NCBI GenBank assembly: GCA_001798185.1
Contig: MGRM01000004.1
Location: 56,264 to 120,263 of the forward strand
Source of the DNA: Deltaproteobacteria bacterium RIFCSPHIGHO2_02_FULL_44_16
Lineage (GTDB): Bacteria; UBA10199; 2-02-FULL-44-16
Direction: 5' to 3'
DNA: 64,000 nt
Of the stretch, positions 9,322 through 17,882 are shown piece after piece. The position numbers were made by a program, and so were the translations under genes. Under the pieces are notes generated by a model. That model saw nothing but the letters and a program-made list of their open reading frames with translations. It was not told where the DNA came from and searched no databases. Position 1 is the stretch's first letter; every line of letters begins with the position of its first letter.

Positions 9322-11130
9322 TTATCGTCCAAAAATGTCTTTTATCTTTTCTTTGACGTCTGGAACATCTGGCTTTGTCTCTTCAGGAATACTTGAAGGA
9401 ATGCTGGGCATTATTTTTTCTTGAATGCGCTGTTGCACTTCTTGTTTCAGCGCCTTCTGCGCTGCTGTGGCCGCAAGCTCTTTCACATATCCCACATCAG
9501 GCAACACAAGCGGTTGCATGATTGTCCCCGTCAATTGGAGCGGAATCACAAACTTTCCCGACGCATCGACAAGAGAAGAACGAATCCGCTCGTTGGGAAG
9601 AAGTCGCGCTGAAAGTTCAGGGGGAAGCAAAAATCGTCCTTTGAGATCTAATGAACGATCAAACCCAACACTCCCTTGAAAAAGAGCTGCATAGTCTTGA
9701 TGTTCGAGTTGCATCTGATCCACAAGGAGTCGTCCTTTTTGAATCGTAAAAGGAAAACGAATCTCTCGAAATGGCGTCCCTTCCACTTGACGACCCGGTA
9801 GATCGACCGTTTGCGGCGTTCCTACAGATGCAAGCTTTAGAATATTGAGAAGCTCATCAGAAAGAATTTGTTGCACCAAATTCATACTTTGAATTTTCCC
9901 ATCGACGAGCCGCACCTCGCCCGCTCCATTCACATGCTCTACCTCTTTACCCACCACACGCTCTCCGTGAAGATGAAGTGAAACATCACCAGCACCGGTC
10001 ATAGCAGAAACAAGAGGTGTAATATTTATTTTTGTCAGTTGTGCGCGAACATCATAACGCGAGCCAGGGGCTAACCCCACGACACCTTCAGCATGACCAG
10101 TTCCTTCAAAAATTTCGAAATCTAAATGTGCAAGCTTGGCTTGTTCTGAAGTTGCGCTCCAAGATGCTTTGAGATTTTTTAACTCCCACACATCATATTT
10201 GACGTAAGCTGAAGACAACGAACCAGCAAATTGCGGTGCAGTTGCAGCTCCATGAATTTCCGCTTGAAGTTGCAGTTTTCCTGAAACAACCGGTTTCTCT
10301 TTGTTTGAGGTCAATGAAGCGAGCGCACCTAAATCCAGCTCAGATGCTTTTATCTCACCATCAAGGGATGGAGCTTCTGTCTGAAATCCTTTGACCATAA
10401 ATGCAAACGTCAGTTTTTCACTTGCAAGATGTAATGTCCCCTCCCCCACACGAACCGTATCTTCAGGTAGATTCAGCCATACCGGAGTGTTCATCTGAAG
10501 AGGAATGTTTTGATATCGAAGTGCGAGCTCAACTTCGATAGGTTTGCTGGGATCAGCAAGTTGAATATGTGAAAGCCGAAGATCAAGAGGCGCAATAATA
10601 TCTTCTTTTACGGGAGAAACCGTTTGATCGGTAGAATACAACGATGCTCCGGTCAGTTCAATTTCTTCAATCAGAATACGATTCATCCACTTCGGAAGCG
10701 TCGTCGGTGTTTGGGATAAAGTCTCATTTTCTTTGTGCAGAAGAAGGTCTGCAATATTCGTTCCCGATGCGTTTTTGATCAGACGCACCGAAGGTTCTTG
10801 CAGATGCAAGGATGCTATCACTTTTCCATGAAAAAGACTTTTCAGATGAACTTGAAAATCCATCTTCTCTTGGGTCAGGACCGTCGCTCCTGCAAAAGCG
10901 GACTGCGGCGCCGGAAGATGCTTGAGACTCAGTTGAGAGACACGAACTCCGAGATAAGGCCAGAAGGAGAGTTCAAGTCGTCCGATTTCAACATCAGCCC
11001 TGAGAGATTTTTCAGCCACCTTTTCAATGTCATCGCGATAATCATTGATGTCGACGATAAAAGGGAGAGCAATGACTGCCGCAAAAAGAAGCATAAAAAA
11101 TGCAGCGATGCCGATAAGAATCTTTTTCAT
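9322..11130 (-). CDS. AsmA-family outer-membrane assembly protein
   Basis: N-terminal anchor MKKILIGIAAFFMLLFAAVIALPFIVDINDYRD, then a long beta-rich body typical of AsmA. Confidence 0.65.
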   Translation of the reverse strand: MKKILIGIAAFFMLLFAAVIALPFIVDINDYRDDIEKVAEKSLRADVEIGRLELSFWPYLGVRVSQLSLKHLPAPQSAFAGATVLTQEKMDFQVHLKSLFHGKVIASLHLQEPSVRLIKNASGTNIADLLLHKENETLSQTPTTLPKWMNRILIEEIELTGASLYSTDQTVSPVKEDIIAPLDLRLSHIQLADPSKPIEVELALRYQNIPLQMNTPVWLNLPEDTVRVGEGTLHLASEKLTFAFMVKGFQTEAPSLDGEIKASELDLGALASLTSNKEKPVVSGKLQLQAEIHGAATAPQFAGSLSSAYVKYDVWELKNLKASWSATSEQAKLAHLDFEIFEGTGHAEGVVGLAPGSRYDVRAQLTKINITPLVSAMTGAGDVSLHLHGERVVGKEVEHVNGAGEVRLVDGKIQSMNLVQQILSDELLNILKLASVGTPQTVDLPGRQVEGTPFREIRFPFTIQKGRLLVDQMQLEHQDYAALFQGSVGFDRSLDLKGRFLLPPELSARLLPNERIRSSLVDASGKFVIPLQLTGTIMQPLVLPDVGYVKELAATAAQKALKQEVQQRIQEKIMPSIPSSIPEETKPDVPDVKEKIKDIFGR

Positions 11131-11146
11131 TTTTCCTCCTCTTCTC

Positions 11147-12079
11147 CTAATCTAAACGTTGATTCGCTTTTCGCTGATGGAGAGATTGATCAGCATACGC
11201 CACTTCTGCACCAACGAGCACTACGACCCATGAGTAATAAATCCACAATAAAAAAAGTGGAATGATTCCTAAGGATCCATAAATCTTGCTATAGACAACC
11301 ACTTTTGCGGCATAGGCCGTGTATCCATATTTCGCTACTTCCCAAAAAAGCGTTGCGACGAACCCGCCGATACAAGCGCTGCGGAGTTTTACTTTTGTAT
11401 TCGGCATGATCGTATACAGCGCGGAGAAAAGAAAAAACGTCATGATCCATGAAATTTTTCCGAGCAAAAATTTCTTCGTTCCACTCATATCTAAAACTTC
11501 GTTCACCATATTTGAACTCTGCAATGCAGCCGTGACACTCAAGGAGAGCGCCAAAAGAACAGGACCGATTGTAATAACAGTCCAATAAATCGGAAATCGT
11601 CGAAGAAAAGAACGTGGCTTTGGCACCTGCCAAATATGATTAAACGTCTTCTCGATATTTGAAAGCATGGCCACGACTGTTAAAATTAAAACAACAAAGC
11701 CGACGAGACCTATGGCAGTGCTGTTATAGCGCTCGATAAAAAGATCTAAATAGCGCGACGCTTCTTGGCCAGTGCCGGTCGTGAGATTTCGAAAAATAAA
11801 TGTTTGGAGCTGTTCCACAATTTGTTCCATATCGGCAAAAGCTTTGAAGAGAGATAATGAAACCGCGATGAGGGGAACGATCGAGAGAAGCGTCGTATAC
11901 GCAAGGGCGGTCGCGCGAAGCAAAATATTGTCTTTGTTTATTCCCACAACGAGCATGGTTCCAAGTCGTGTGAGGTAGAGAGCCAATCGTCGATGGACTC
12001 GATATGTTTTTTCATCGAGTGTCCAAATCGTATCGCGAAAAAAATGAACAACACACTGAGAGAGTGAAGTGAGATTCAT
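11147..12079 (-). CDS. YihY/BrkB-family inner-membrane protein
   Basis: LRATALAYTTLLSIVPLIAV signature and multiple TM helices. Start set at Met31 (12079) to avoid overlapping the upstream gene. Confidence 0.7.
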   Translation of the reverse strand: MNLTSLSQCVVHFFRDTIWTLDEKTYRVHRRLALYLTRLGTMLVVGINKDNILLRATALAYTTLLSIVPLIAVSLSLFKAFADMEQIVEQLQTFIFRNLTTGTGQEASRYLDLFIERYNSTAIGLVGFVVLILTVVAMLSNIEKTFNHIWQVPKPRSFLRRFPIYWTVITIGPVLLALSLSVTAALQSSNMVNEVLDMSGTKKFLLGKISWIMTFFLFSALYTIMPNTKVKLRSACIGGFVATLFWEVAKYGYTAYAAKVVVYSKIYGSLGIIPLFLLWIYYSWVVVLVGAEVAYADQSLHQRKANQRLD

Positions 12080-12099
12080 GATGAAGACATACCGCACTC

Positions 12100-12690
12100 T
12101 TAAAGGCGTTTCAATTGTCGATTGTGAATGCGCGAGAGAAGAAAAAGGGCAACGAAGGAACCGACCCACGCAAGAAACATATCAGATTGCGTATCCCATT
12201 CATACCCTTGCGTTCCGAGAAACGCTTTCGCCGCAATCCCCGAAAGAACAGCAACCCACCACTCCACAAGTTCATAGAACGCACTAAAAGCGAGACAGAC
12301 AGAGCTCACGATAAAGATGAGCCAACGAGGACCTGAAACCACACGATTTCTGATGAGCATTTCGCGCGTGAAAATAGCTGGAATAAATCCCTGCATAAAA
12401 TGTGCAAATTTATCGTAGTTATTGCGTTCCCATCCCAAATGACTCCCAATCCAGTCAAAGAGAGGAACTTTCGCATAGGTGTAATGTCCGCCAACCATTA
12501 AAATAATAAATTCAAAAAGCATGAGCCACAGCACAAGCGGCGTCCATTTATAACGATGATGGGTGTACCACAGAATAAAAAAACCGGTAAATGCGGGAAC
12601 GACTTCCAGAAACCAGGTATAGCGGTCAGCAGGTTTGATGGCGGACCAGGTAAAGACAATCGAAACAATAAGGATTCCGAGACGCGGCAT
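12100..12690 (-). CDS. DUF2238 (YjdF-like) membrane protein
   Basis: Polytopic membrane protein with the segments GGHYTYAKVP and RNNYDKFAHFMQGF. Confidence 0.6.
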   Translation of the reverse strand: MPRLGILIVSIVFTWSAIKPADRYTWFLEVVPAFTGFFILWYTHHRYKWTPLVLWLMLFEFIILMVGGHYTYAKVPLFDWIGSHLGWERNNYDKFAHFMQGFIPAIFTREMLIRNRVVSGPRWLIFIVSSVCLAFSAFYELVEWWVAVLSGIAAKAFLGTQGYEWDTQSDMFLAWVGSFVALFLLSRIHNRQLKRL

Positions 12691-12748
12691 ATCTCTTCAT
12701 TAGTTCAGATGTCACATTTCTGCAATAGGAGGGACGTAAACATTGAAA

Positions 12749-13255
12749 CTATTCTGGTTTACACATGGCCATCGAATCATCCCAAAGTACTTGAATCCCT
12801 TGTCTATAAAGTTCTATACGTTTTGGTTCTGGAAGAGAATAAGATTTTTCCCCATGATTTCGCACCTGATCGAGACGCTCTCGCATTTCTGTTCTTCGAT
12901 TCTCACTCCACTGTGAAAGATTACAAAGAGAAGGAGGTCCGTCCTTTTTCACACTGATCATCTTTTCATCAAGCTGCAATGTTTCCCCCTTTGCACATTT
13001 GGAGTCAGCTTCAGGGCGGCGCATCATATAATTCTCGAGTATTCTCTCTTTTGCGCCGTGAAGAGCAAGGGCATATGCATGATGATCAAACGTACATGCA
13101 CCCCGATGAACAATGGTCCGATCGCGATAGAGCTCCACATACTCATCATTCGTCATTTGAGCAGGTTTCCTTGGAACGGCCCGAGGTGAAGCAGATGGTG
13201 TGAGCAAAGAAGTTGGGACCATCATTTGTCGAATAGCGTTTCCTGCTGATTTCAT
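12749..13255 (-). CDS. Hypothetical protein
   Basis: 168-aa ORF codirectional with its neighbours. No motif recognised. Confidence 0.4.
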   Translation of the reverse strand: MKSAGNAIRQMMVPTSLLTPSASPRAVPRKPAQMTNDEYVELYRDRTIVHRGACTFDHHAYALALHGAKERILENYMMRRPEADSKCAKGETLQLDEKMISVKKDGPPSLCNLSQWSENRRTEMRERLDQVRNHGEKSYSLPEPKRIELYRQGIQVLWDDSMAMCKPE

Positions 13256-13294
13256 ATTTCCTCCTTCATCATGACTGACTTTTCGTTCAATCTT

Positions 13295-13612
13295 TCAAAA
13301 AGTTTCGTTGATTTTCATTAATCGTTGAACAGGGTGTCCGTCGATCAAATGCTGCTGAAAAATGTCATCGACATCGTTCATCGTCACCCCGTGATACCAA
13401 ATACCGTCGGGATAGATAACGATATTAACGCCAAGTTCGCATGGGCCAAGACATCCAGAAGATGTCACTTTGACTTCGGTATTTTTAAAGTGCACTTTCA
13501 CTTTTTTACGAAGTTCGTTCAAAATATTTTCCGATCCACGTTGCAAGCAACAAGCCTTCTCTGGCCCGCGATCATTTTGACAGACAAAGACGTGGCGTTT
13601 CGGTTTTGGCAT
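13295..13612 (-). CDS. Thioredoxin-like [2Fe-2S] ferredoxin-domain protein
   Basis: HVFVCQNDRGPEKACC ... SGCLGPCELGVNIVIYPDGIWY Cys pattern. Start placed at MPKPKRH, with GGGGAG 6 nt upstream. Confidence 0.65.
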   Translation of the reverse strand: MPKPKRHVFVCQNDRGPEKACCLQRGSENILNELRKKVKVHFKNTEVKVTSSGCLGPCELGVNIVIYPDGIWYHGVTMNDVDDIFQQHLIDGHPVQRLMKINETF

Positions 13613-13615
13613 TTT

Positions 13616-13678
13616 GCGCTCCCCACCTTGCAACGGTTGAACCCGAAAGTCGAACCGATTGTGGTGCCGGTGGAGATT
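13616..13678 (-). promoter_or_regulatory. 63-nt conserved leader element, copy 1 (abuts the ferredoxin-like start)
   Basis: 55/63 identical to 14104-14166. Central hairpin GGUUCGAC-uuucgg-GUUCAACC. Its 3' GGGGAG is the SD of the downstream gene, and a 5' CUCC is complementary to it. Confidence 0.5.
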
Positions 13679-13745
13679 AGCATTTTATGAGTCTACACCA
13701 TTCGAATGGCGAGGATTATCAGAGAAAATGAACTTAAAGAGACCG

Positions 13746-14066
13746 TTAGAAGGTCACAAGCCGATCCGATTCCCGGACGATGTGATAGAGATCCTGCATC
13801 GTGGAGAGGGGGCAGACCTCTGATCCTTCCGACCCGCGAATTTTGAGGCAGGTTCCGCAGGCAAAGATTTTTCCTCCGCCGGCGACGAACGTTCGGATCT
13901 GATCGGTCACCTGGAACTTCTCGGTATCCAGGGATTCGCATTCCACCCCCTTCGCCAACAGGAAAACATTCACTTCATCCCCCTGCTTCAGGGAGAAGGT
14001 TCCGAACCGAAAAACATTCCAGACGGTCTCCGCGTCGTTGGAAGAGAGAATAATTCCGAGTTTCAT
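13746..14066 (-). CDS. DsrE/DsrF-like sulfur-relay family protein
   Basis: 106 aa: MKLGIILSSND..., GGKIFACGTCLKIRG, typical DsrE fold length. Confidence 0.6.
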   Translation of the reverse strand: MKLGIILSSNDAETVWNVFRFGTFSLKQGDEVNVFLLAKGVECESLDTEKFQVTDQIRTFVAGGGKIFACGTCLKIRGSEGSEVCPLSTMQDLYHIVRESDRLVTF

Positions 14067-14103
14067 GACAAAGTCCTTTCATGTTGAAAACTGGCGGGGA
14101 CCA

Positions 14104-14166
14104 GCGCTCCCCTTCCTGCAACGGTTGAACCCGGAAGTCGAACCAATATTGGTGCCCGTGGAGATT
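14104..14166 (-). promoter_or_regulatory. 63-nt conserved leader element, copy 2 (upstream of the DsrE-like gene)
   Basis: Second copy of the element. The only change in the hairpin region falls in the loop. Followed by CUGG-ucccg-CCAG-UUUU before the DsrE SD. Confidence 0.5.
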
Positions 14167-14227
14167 GTTTTGAAAGATTGAAGAAAAACCTTGTTTACTA
14201 AACTAGAATTACATGTAAAATAAGTTC

Positions 14228-15376
14228 ATGATGCTTGAACGTCTCCAAACATTAAAAAACCTGAATCATTCCAGCTGCTTTCTCTGGGGCCCCCGGCAGG
14301 TCGGAAAGACCACGCTCCTCAATACTCTTTTCCCTAATACCCTCACCTTTAACCTCCTGGACCCAAGGCTCTATGAAGAATTCATCCTCAACCCCTCCCT
14401 TCTTGAGGAGCGGGTTTTGGCAACTCCCCAAAAAGGGCTTCCGGTCATCATCGATGAAGTTCAAAAAATCCCCAGACTCTTGGATGTCGTTCAAGACATG
14501 ATCACCAAACACGGTACCCAGTTTATCCTCAGCGGGTCGAGCGCTCGGAAACTCAAGCGAGGCGCCGGAAATCTTTTGGGAGGTCGCGCCATTCGCCATG
14601 AACTCTTTCCCCTCGTGTACAAGGAGGTGCCCGACTTTGATCTGCTTCGCGCTCTAAACCATGGCCTCCTCCCTCATCATTATCTGCATGATAGCCCGAG
14701 AGATCTGCTTCATGCCTATGTTGGCGATTACCTCAAAGAGGAAATTTTTGCTGAAGCCCTGACGCGTAATCTCCAGGCATTTTCAAAATTTCTCGAGGCA
14801 GCGGCCTTCAGCAATGGTGAACAGGTCAATTTCACGAATATCGCCAGCGAGTGTGGGGTCTACTCCAGTACGGTACGAAATTATTTTGAAATTTTGGAAG
14901 ATACGCTGATCGGTCACTTTCTTCCGGTCTTTCAAAAAAGACCAAAACGCCGTGTGGTAAAATCCCCAAAATTTTATTTCTTCGATGTTGGCATCGTCAA
15001 TTTTCTCCGCAAACGAGGAACGATTGAGTTTGGAAGCGAGACATTTGGAAATGCGTTTGAGCATTTCATCTATCAAGAAATCCTCGCGTATAGCCACTAT
15101 TCACGGCTTCATTACCCCATGGCCTTTTGGCGGACGAGCTCCCAGATCGAAATCGATTTTATTCTGGGCGATCATGAGGTGGCGATCGAGGTGAAGGGGA
15201 CCAAGCTCGCACAAAGCAAACACTTGAAAGGGCTCAAAGCCTTTCGCGATGAATATACAATTCGAAAATCAATTCTCGTCTCTCTCGATGATTCACCGCG
15301 GCTGACAGAAGGGATTCACGTGCTTCCTTGGAAAACTTTTCTGGAGCAGCTTTGGTCGGGGAAGATTATGGGGTGA
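14228..15376 (+). CDS. AAA+ ATPase with DUF4143 C-terminal domain
   Basis: Walker A GPRQVGKTT, Walker B VIIDEVQ, and a C-terminal EIDFIL...IEVK segment typical of AAA_14/DUF4143 proteins. Confidence 0.7.
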   Translation: MMLERLQTLKNLNHSSCFLWGPRQVGKTTLLNTLFPNTLTFNLLDPRLYEEFILNPSLLEERVLATPQKGLPVIIDEVQKIPRLLDVVQDMITKHGTQFILSGSSARKLKRGAGNLLGGRAIRHELFPLVYKEVPDFDLLRALNHGLLPHHYLHDSPRDLLHAYVGDYLKEEIFAEALTRNLQAFSKFLEAAAFSNGEQVNFTNIASECGVYSSTVRNYFEILEDTLIGHFLPVFQKRPKRRVVKSPKFYFFDVGIVNFLRKRGTIEFGSETFGNAFEHFIYQEILAYSHYSRLHYPMAFWRTSSQIEIDFILGDHEVAIEVKGTKLAQSKHLKGLKAFRDEYTIRKSILVSLDDSPRLTEGIHVLPWKTFLEQLWSGKIMG

Positions 15377-15457
15377 TAGAAATGTATGTTGCCAAGTTTG
15401 CCCAATTTAGAAAGTGGACAAATTGAATCACCAAGACAAACAAAGCATTTCCAAAAG

Positions 15458-16027
15458 ATGACTCAGAAACCCGAAATCTACGTAAGCACAGATGTTGAAG
15501 CCGATGGGCCGATCCCGGGGATGAACTCCATGTTGAGTTTTGGATCGGCGGCTTATCTCTCAGATAAAACGCTCATCGCCACATTCACGGCGAATCTTGA
15601 GACATTTCCGGGAGCAGTGGCAGATCCCAAAACCATGGAGTGGTGGCAGCGTCAACCGGAGGCGTGGAAAGCATGTCGAGAAAATCTTCAGGCTCCTGAA
15701 AAAGCTATGAAAGATTATCTTCTGTGGCTCAAAGAACTCCCGGGGATTCCGGTGTTTGTGGGATATCCCGCTGCCTATGATTTTCTCTTTGTCTATTGGT
15801 ACCTGATCCGCTTCACCGGCGAGAGTCCGTTTTCACATTCGGCACTCGACATCAAGACGCTGGCGATGGTGCTGATGAAATGCAGCTACCGAAAGGCGAT
15901 CAAAAAGAATATGCCGAAGGAATGGTTCGACCCGCTGCCTCATTCACATCGGGCACTTGATGATGCCATCGAACAGGGGGCGTTGTTTTGTAATATATTG
16001 GGGAGGTTAAAGGGGATACATGTTTAA
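15458..16027 (+). CDS. DEDDh-type 3'-5' exonuclease
   Basis: STDVEADGP (Exo I), a middle acidic motif, and HRALDDA (Exo III with His). Start set at MTQKPEIYV. Confidence 0.6.
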   Translation: MTQKPEIYVSTDVEADGPIPGMNSMLSFGSAAYLSDKTLIATFTANLETFPGAVADPKTMEWWQRQPEAWKACRENLQAPEKAMKDYLLWLKELPGIPVFVGYPAAYDFLFVYWYLIRFTGESPFSHSALDIKTLAMVLMKCSYRKAIKKNMPKEWFDPLPHSHRALDDAIEQGALFCNILGRLKGIHV

Positions 16028-16082
16028 GCGAAAAGTCATCCTCATTCGTTCTCGTTCTTCGTTTAAAATTTGACTGGCGCCT

Positions 16083-16109
16083 GCCTGACGGCAGTCAGGC
16101 CAAATTTTT
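16083..16109. terminator. Hairpin plus T-run; terminator of the exonuclease gene and former terminator of the tRNA-Glu gene
   Basis: GCCTGAC-ggca-GTCAGGC followed by CAAATTTTT, immediately adjacent to the displaced tRNA 3' fragment. Confidence 0.45.
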
Positions 16110-16127
16110 GCGCTCCATACGGGAATC
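16110..16127. repeat. attL core: displaced 3' fragment of tRNA-Glu
   Basis: gcgctccatacgggaatc is identical to 58792-58809. The bases on either side of the repeat differ between the two copies. Confidence 0.8.
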
Positions 16128-16406
16128 TACTCTTCGGCTCTCGCCTTCGAGTACTTCCTCGACGGTCATCTTTCGAAAAACTCAAGATGACGCTCGCCTC
16201 GGTCGGAACGAGAAGCCTTGCGGCTTCGGTTCGCTTCCCTGAAAACTAAAAAAATGAGAAAGAGCAAGAAGCTCTCTCTCATTTTTTGCGCTCCCCGAGT
16301 ACAGGAGCAAGTACGTCTTTGCGAATCCCTTTGCAAACGCATAGTCCCGCCGCCTTCCACGAAGAAAAAAGTCAAAGAATCCAAAGACTAACGTGGAGGT
16401 GGCCCT

Positions 16407-16706
16407 GTGAGCACAATTTCAGGCAAGATTTCTGAAAGAGACATCATTCGAGATCAAGTCCTTGAGGGTTGGAAAGAGATCGGGCATTTCCTGGGCCGGT
16501 ATTCGGCCCGTCACGCCCGAAGGCTTTTCTACCCGCTCAAAGGCCAATTGAAGCTCAAGTATTGGTTAGGGCCACGACACCGGATAAAAATGCTCCATGA
16601 GGAAATCGAGGTATTCAAAGCTTTGATTGAAGAGGGTCGTTCTATTGGTGCGGGCTCGCAGCTTCCACAGGAAAGGATAAAATATGGAAAACTTAAGTAT
16701 AAATAG
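16407..16706 (+). CDS. Hypothetical small protein next to attL (possible DNA-binding or directionality factor)
   Basis: GTG-start 99-aa ORF with a basic segment (GWKEIGHFLGRYSARHARRL). The functional guess rests on position only. Confidence 0.3.
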   Translation: MSTISGKISERDIIRDQVLEGWKEIGHFLGRYSARHARRLFYPLKGQLKLKYWLGPRHRIKMLHEEIEVFKALIEEGRSIGAGSQLPQERIKYGKLKYK

Positions 16707-16988
16707 TCCGAAAGTGAGAAGCTATCAAACTGGTGAGCTTGTTTTGACAGAAGAAGAGTTTCAAGAGGTAGTAGACGTCTTTCGTATCCTTCTCAAATGG
16801 GATCGAGAGCTGAATCAATCTGGTGAAAAACAAGAAACTTAAATAAATAACCTGCTGCTGCCCCCACCAATAATTTTTTTCGATATTTTGTCCTCTCCTG
16901 TCCTTCTTTGACCTCCTTAACCGATTGTAACGACATAACGAAGTCTTCAAAATCAATCTCGCGTGGATTCATAATTAAGGAGGATTCC

Positions 16989-17198
16989 ATGCCCGCGAGT
17001 CGATTACCCCACACTCATTTTGTCGATGGCCGTCAGTTGATCAACATGGCGGCCAATAAGGTCGGTGACTTGAAACAACTCTCAGAGATCATTGGTTACG
17101 GTTACGAGTCACTTCTGGCCATTCGTAACAACGGCATGCTCAGCAGAAAACTCGAAAAGAAACTTCAAGAGTATCTCTCTGAGCAAGAGGCGGCCTAA
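16989..17198 (+). CDS. Hypothetical small phage protein
   Basis: ATG at 16989 preceded by AAGGAGG. 69 aa. Confidence 0.4.
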   Translation: MPASRLPHTHFVDGRQLINMAANKVGDLKQLSEIIGYGYESLLAIRNNGMLSRKLEKKLQEYLSEQEAA

Positions 17199-17200
17199 CG

Positions 17201-17794
17201 ATGACATTTAAAGTTGAAGCAAAGTTCAACACGGCTGACCTCAATCTCTGGCTCAATTCCACCAGTAAAAAAACACTTCAAAAAATTGTCGCCAGATCGA
17301 TTAACCGAATAGCCATTACTGTCAGGAAAGAAGCCCAACAAAAGATCCGCCAAAAGATCAGACTTCCAGCCAAAGAAATCAGGGATGCACTTCCGATCAG
17401 AAAGAAAGCAAATGTCTCCCAATCAATCGAGTCACAAGAAACAACGATTCACGCTAGCGCTCAAGGCATCTCGCTCAGCAAATTTGTTCCACGCCAAGTG
17501 ACACACGGTGCGAGCGTCAACATTACCGGCAAGCGACAAGTCATTCGTTCGGCTTTTATTGCCCGCATGCCTAATGCTTCTCATGCTTCCGTGTTTCGTC
17601 GTGTGAAAGTCAGGCTTCCCGGAACAGCTCTTCATAGAGGCAAGAAAGGCTCCGAGCTTCCCATTGAGAAACAATCTTACAAGAGCATTGCCAGTATCTT
17701 TTCCGCCATCACCGATCAGCTGACACCTATTGCTGAAACAAGATTCAATGAAGAGTTTGCGAGAAATTTTAAACATCTTGCGGGAAGTAGATAG
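17201..17794 (+). CDS. Lambda gpZ-like minor tail protein
   Basis: INRIAITVRKEAQQKIRQKIRLPAKEIRDAL and a later basic block resemble the gpZ family layout. Confidence 0.4.
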   Translation: MTFKVEAKFNTADLNLWLNSTSKKTLQKIVARSINRIAITVRKEAQQKIRQKIRLPAKEIRDALPIRKKANVSQSIESQETTIHASAQGISLSKFVPRQVTHGASVNITGKRQVIRSAFIARMPNASHASVFRRVKVRLPGTALHRGKKGSELPIEKQSYKSIASIFSAITDQLTPIAETRFNEEFARNFKHLAGSR

Positions 17795-17882
17795 GCGAAC
17801 CTTTACGGGTCCTCCCTCGCGCGATGAAGGTGCGGGTGGCGAAGCCGCAGAATTTCGCTAGCGACAGAGAGGAATCTGACTT

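Noticed and set aside
13693-13941. 82-aa minus-strand ORF rich in Arg/Pro.
   Set aside because: It is an alternative frame of the DsrE-like gene, in the same region and on the same strand. The DsrE frame has the recognisable family pattern.
13616-14166. Reading the 63-nt repeats as sigma-54 promoters (GGCAC..N..TTGG on the minus strand) or as tRNA-derived fragments (GGTTCGA).
   Set aside because: The -12 element lacks the invariant GC at the correct spacing in both copies, and no cloverleaf can be drawn. They are kept as an unclassified structured leader instead.
16284-16295. Second copy of tttttgcgctcc (also at 16104-16115, overlapping attL).
   Set aside because: Only 12 bp, which is within chance expectation. 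It could be a recombinase arm site but cannot be supported.
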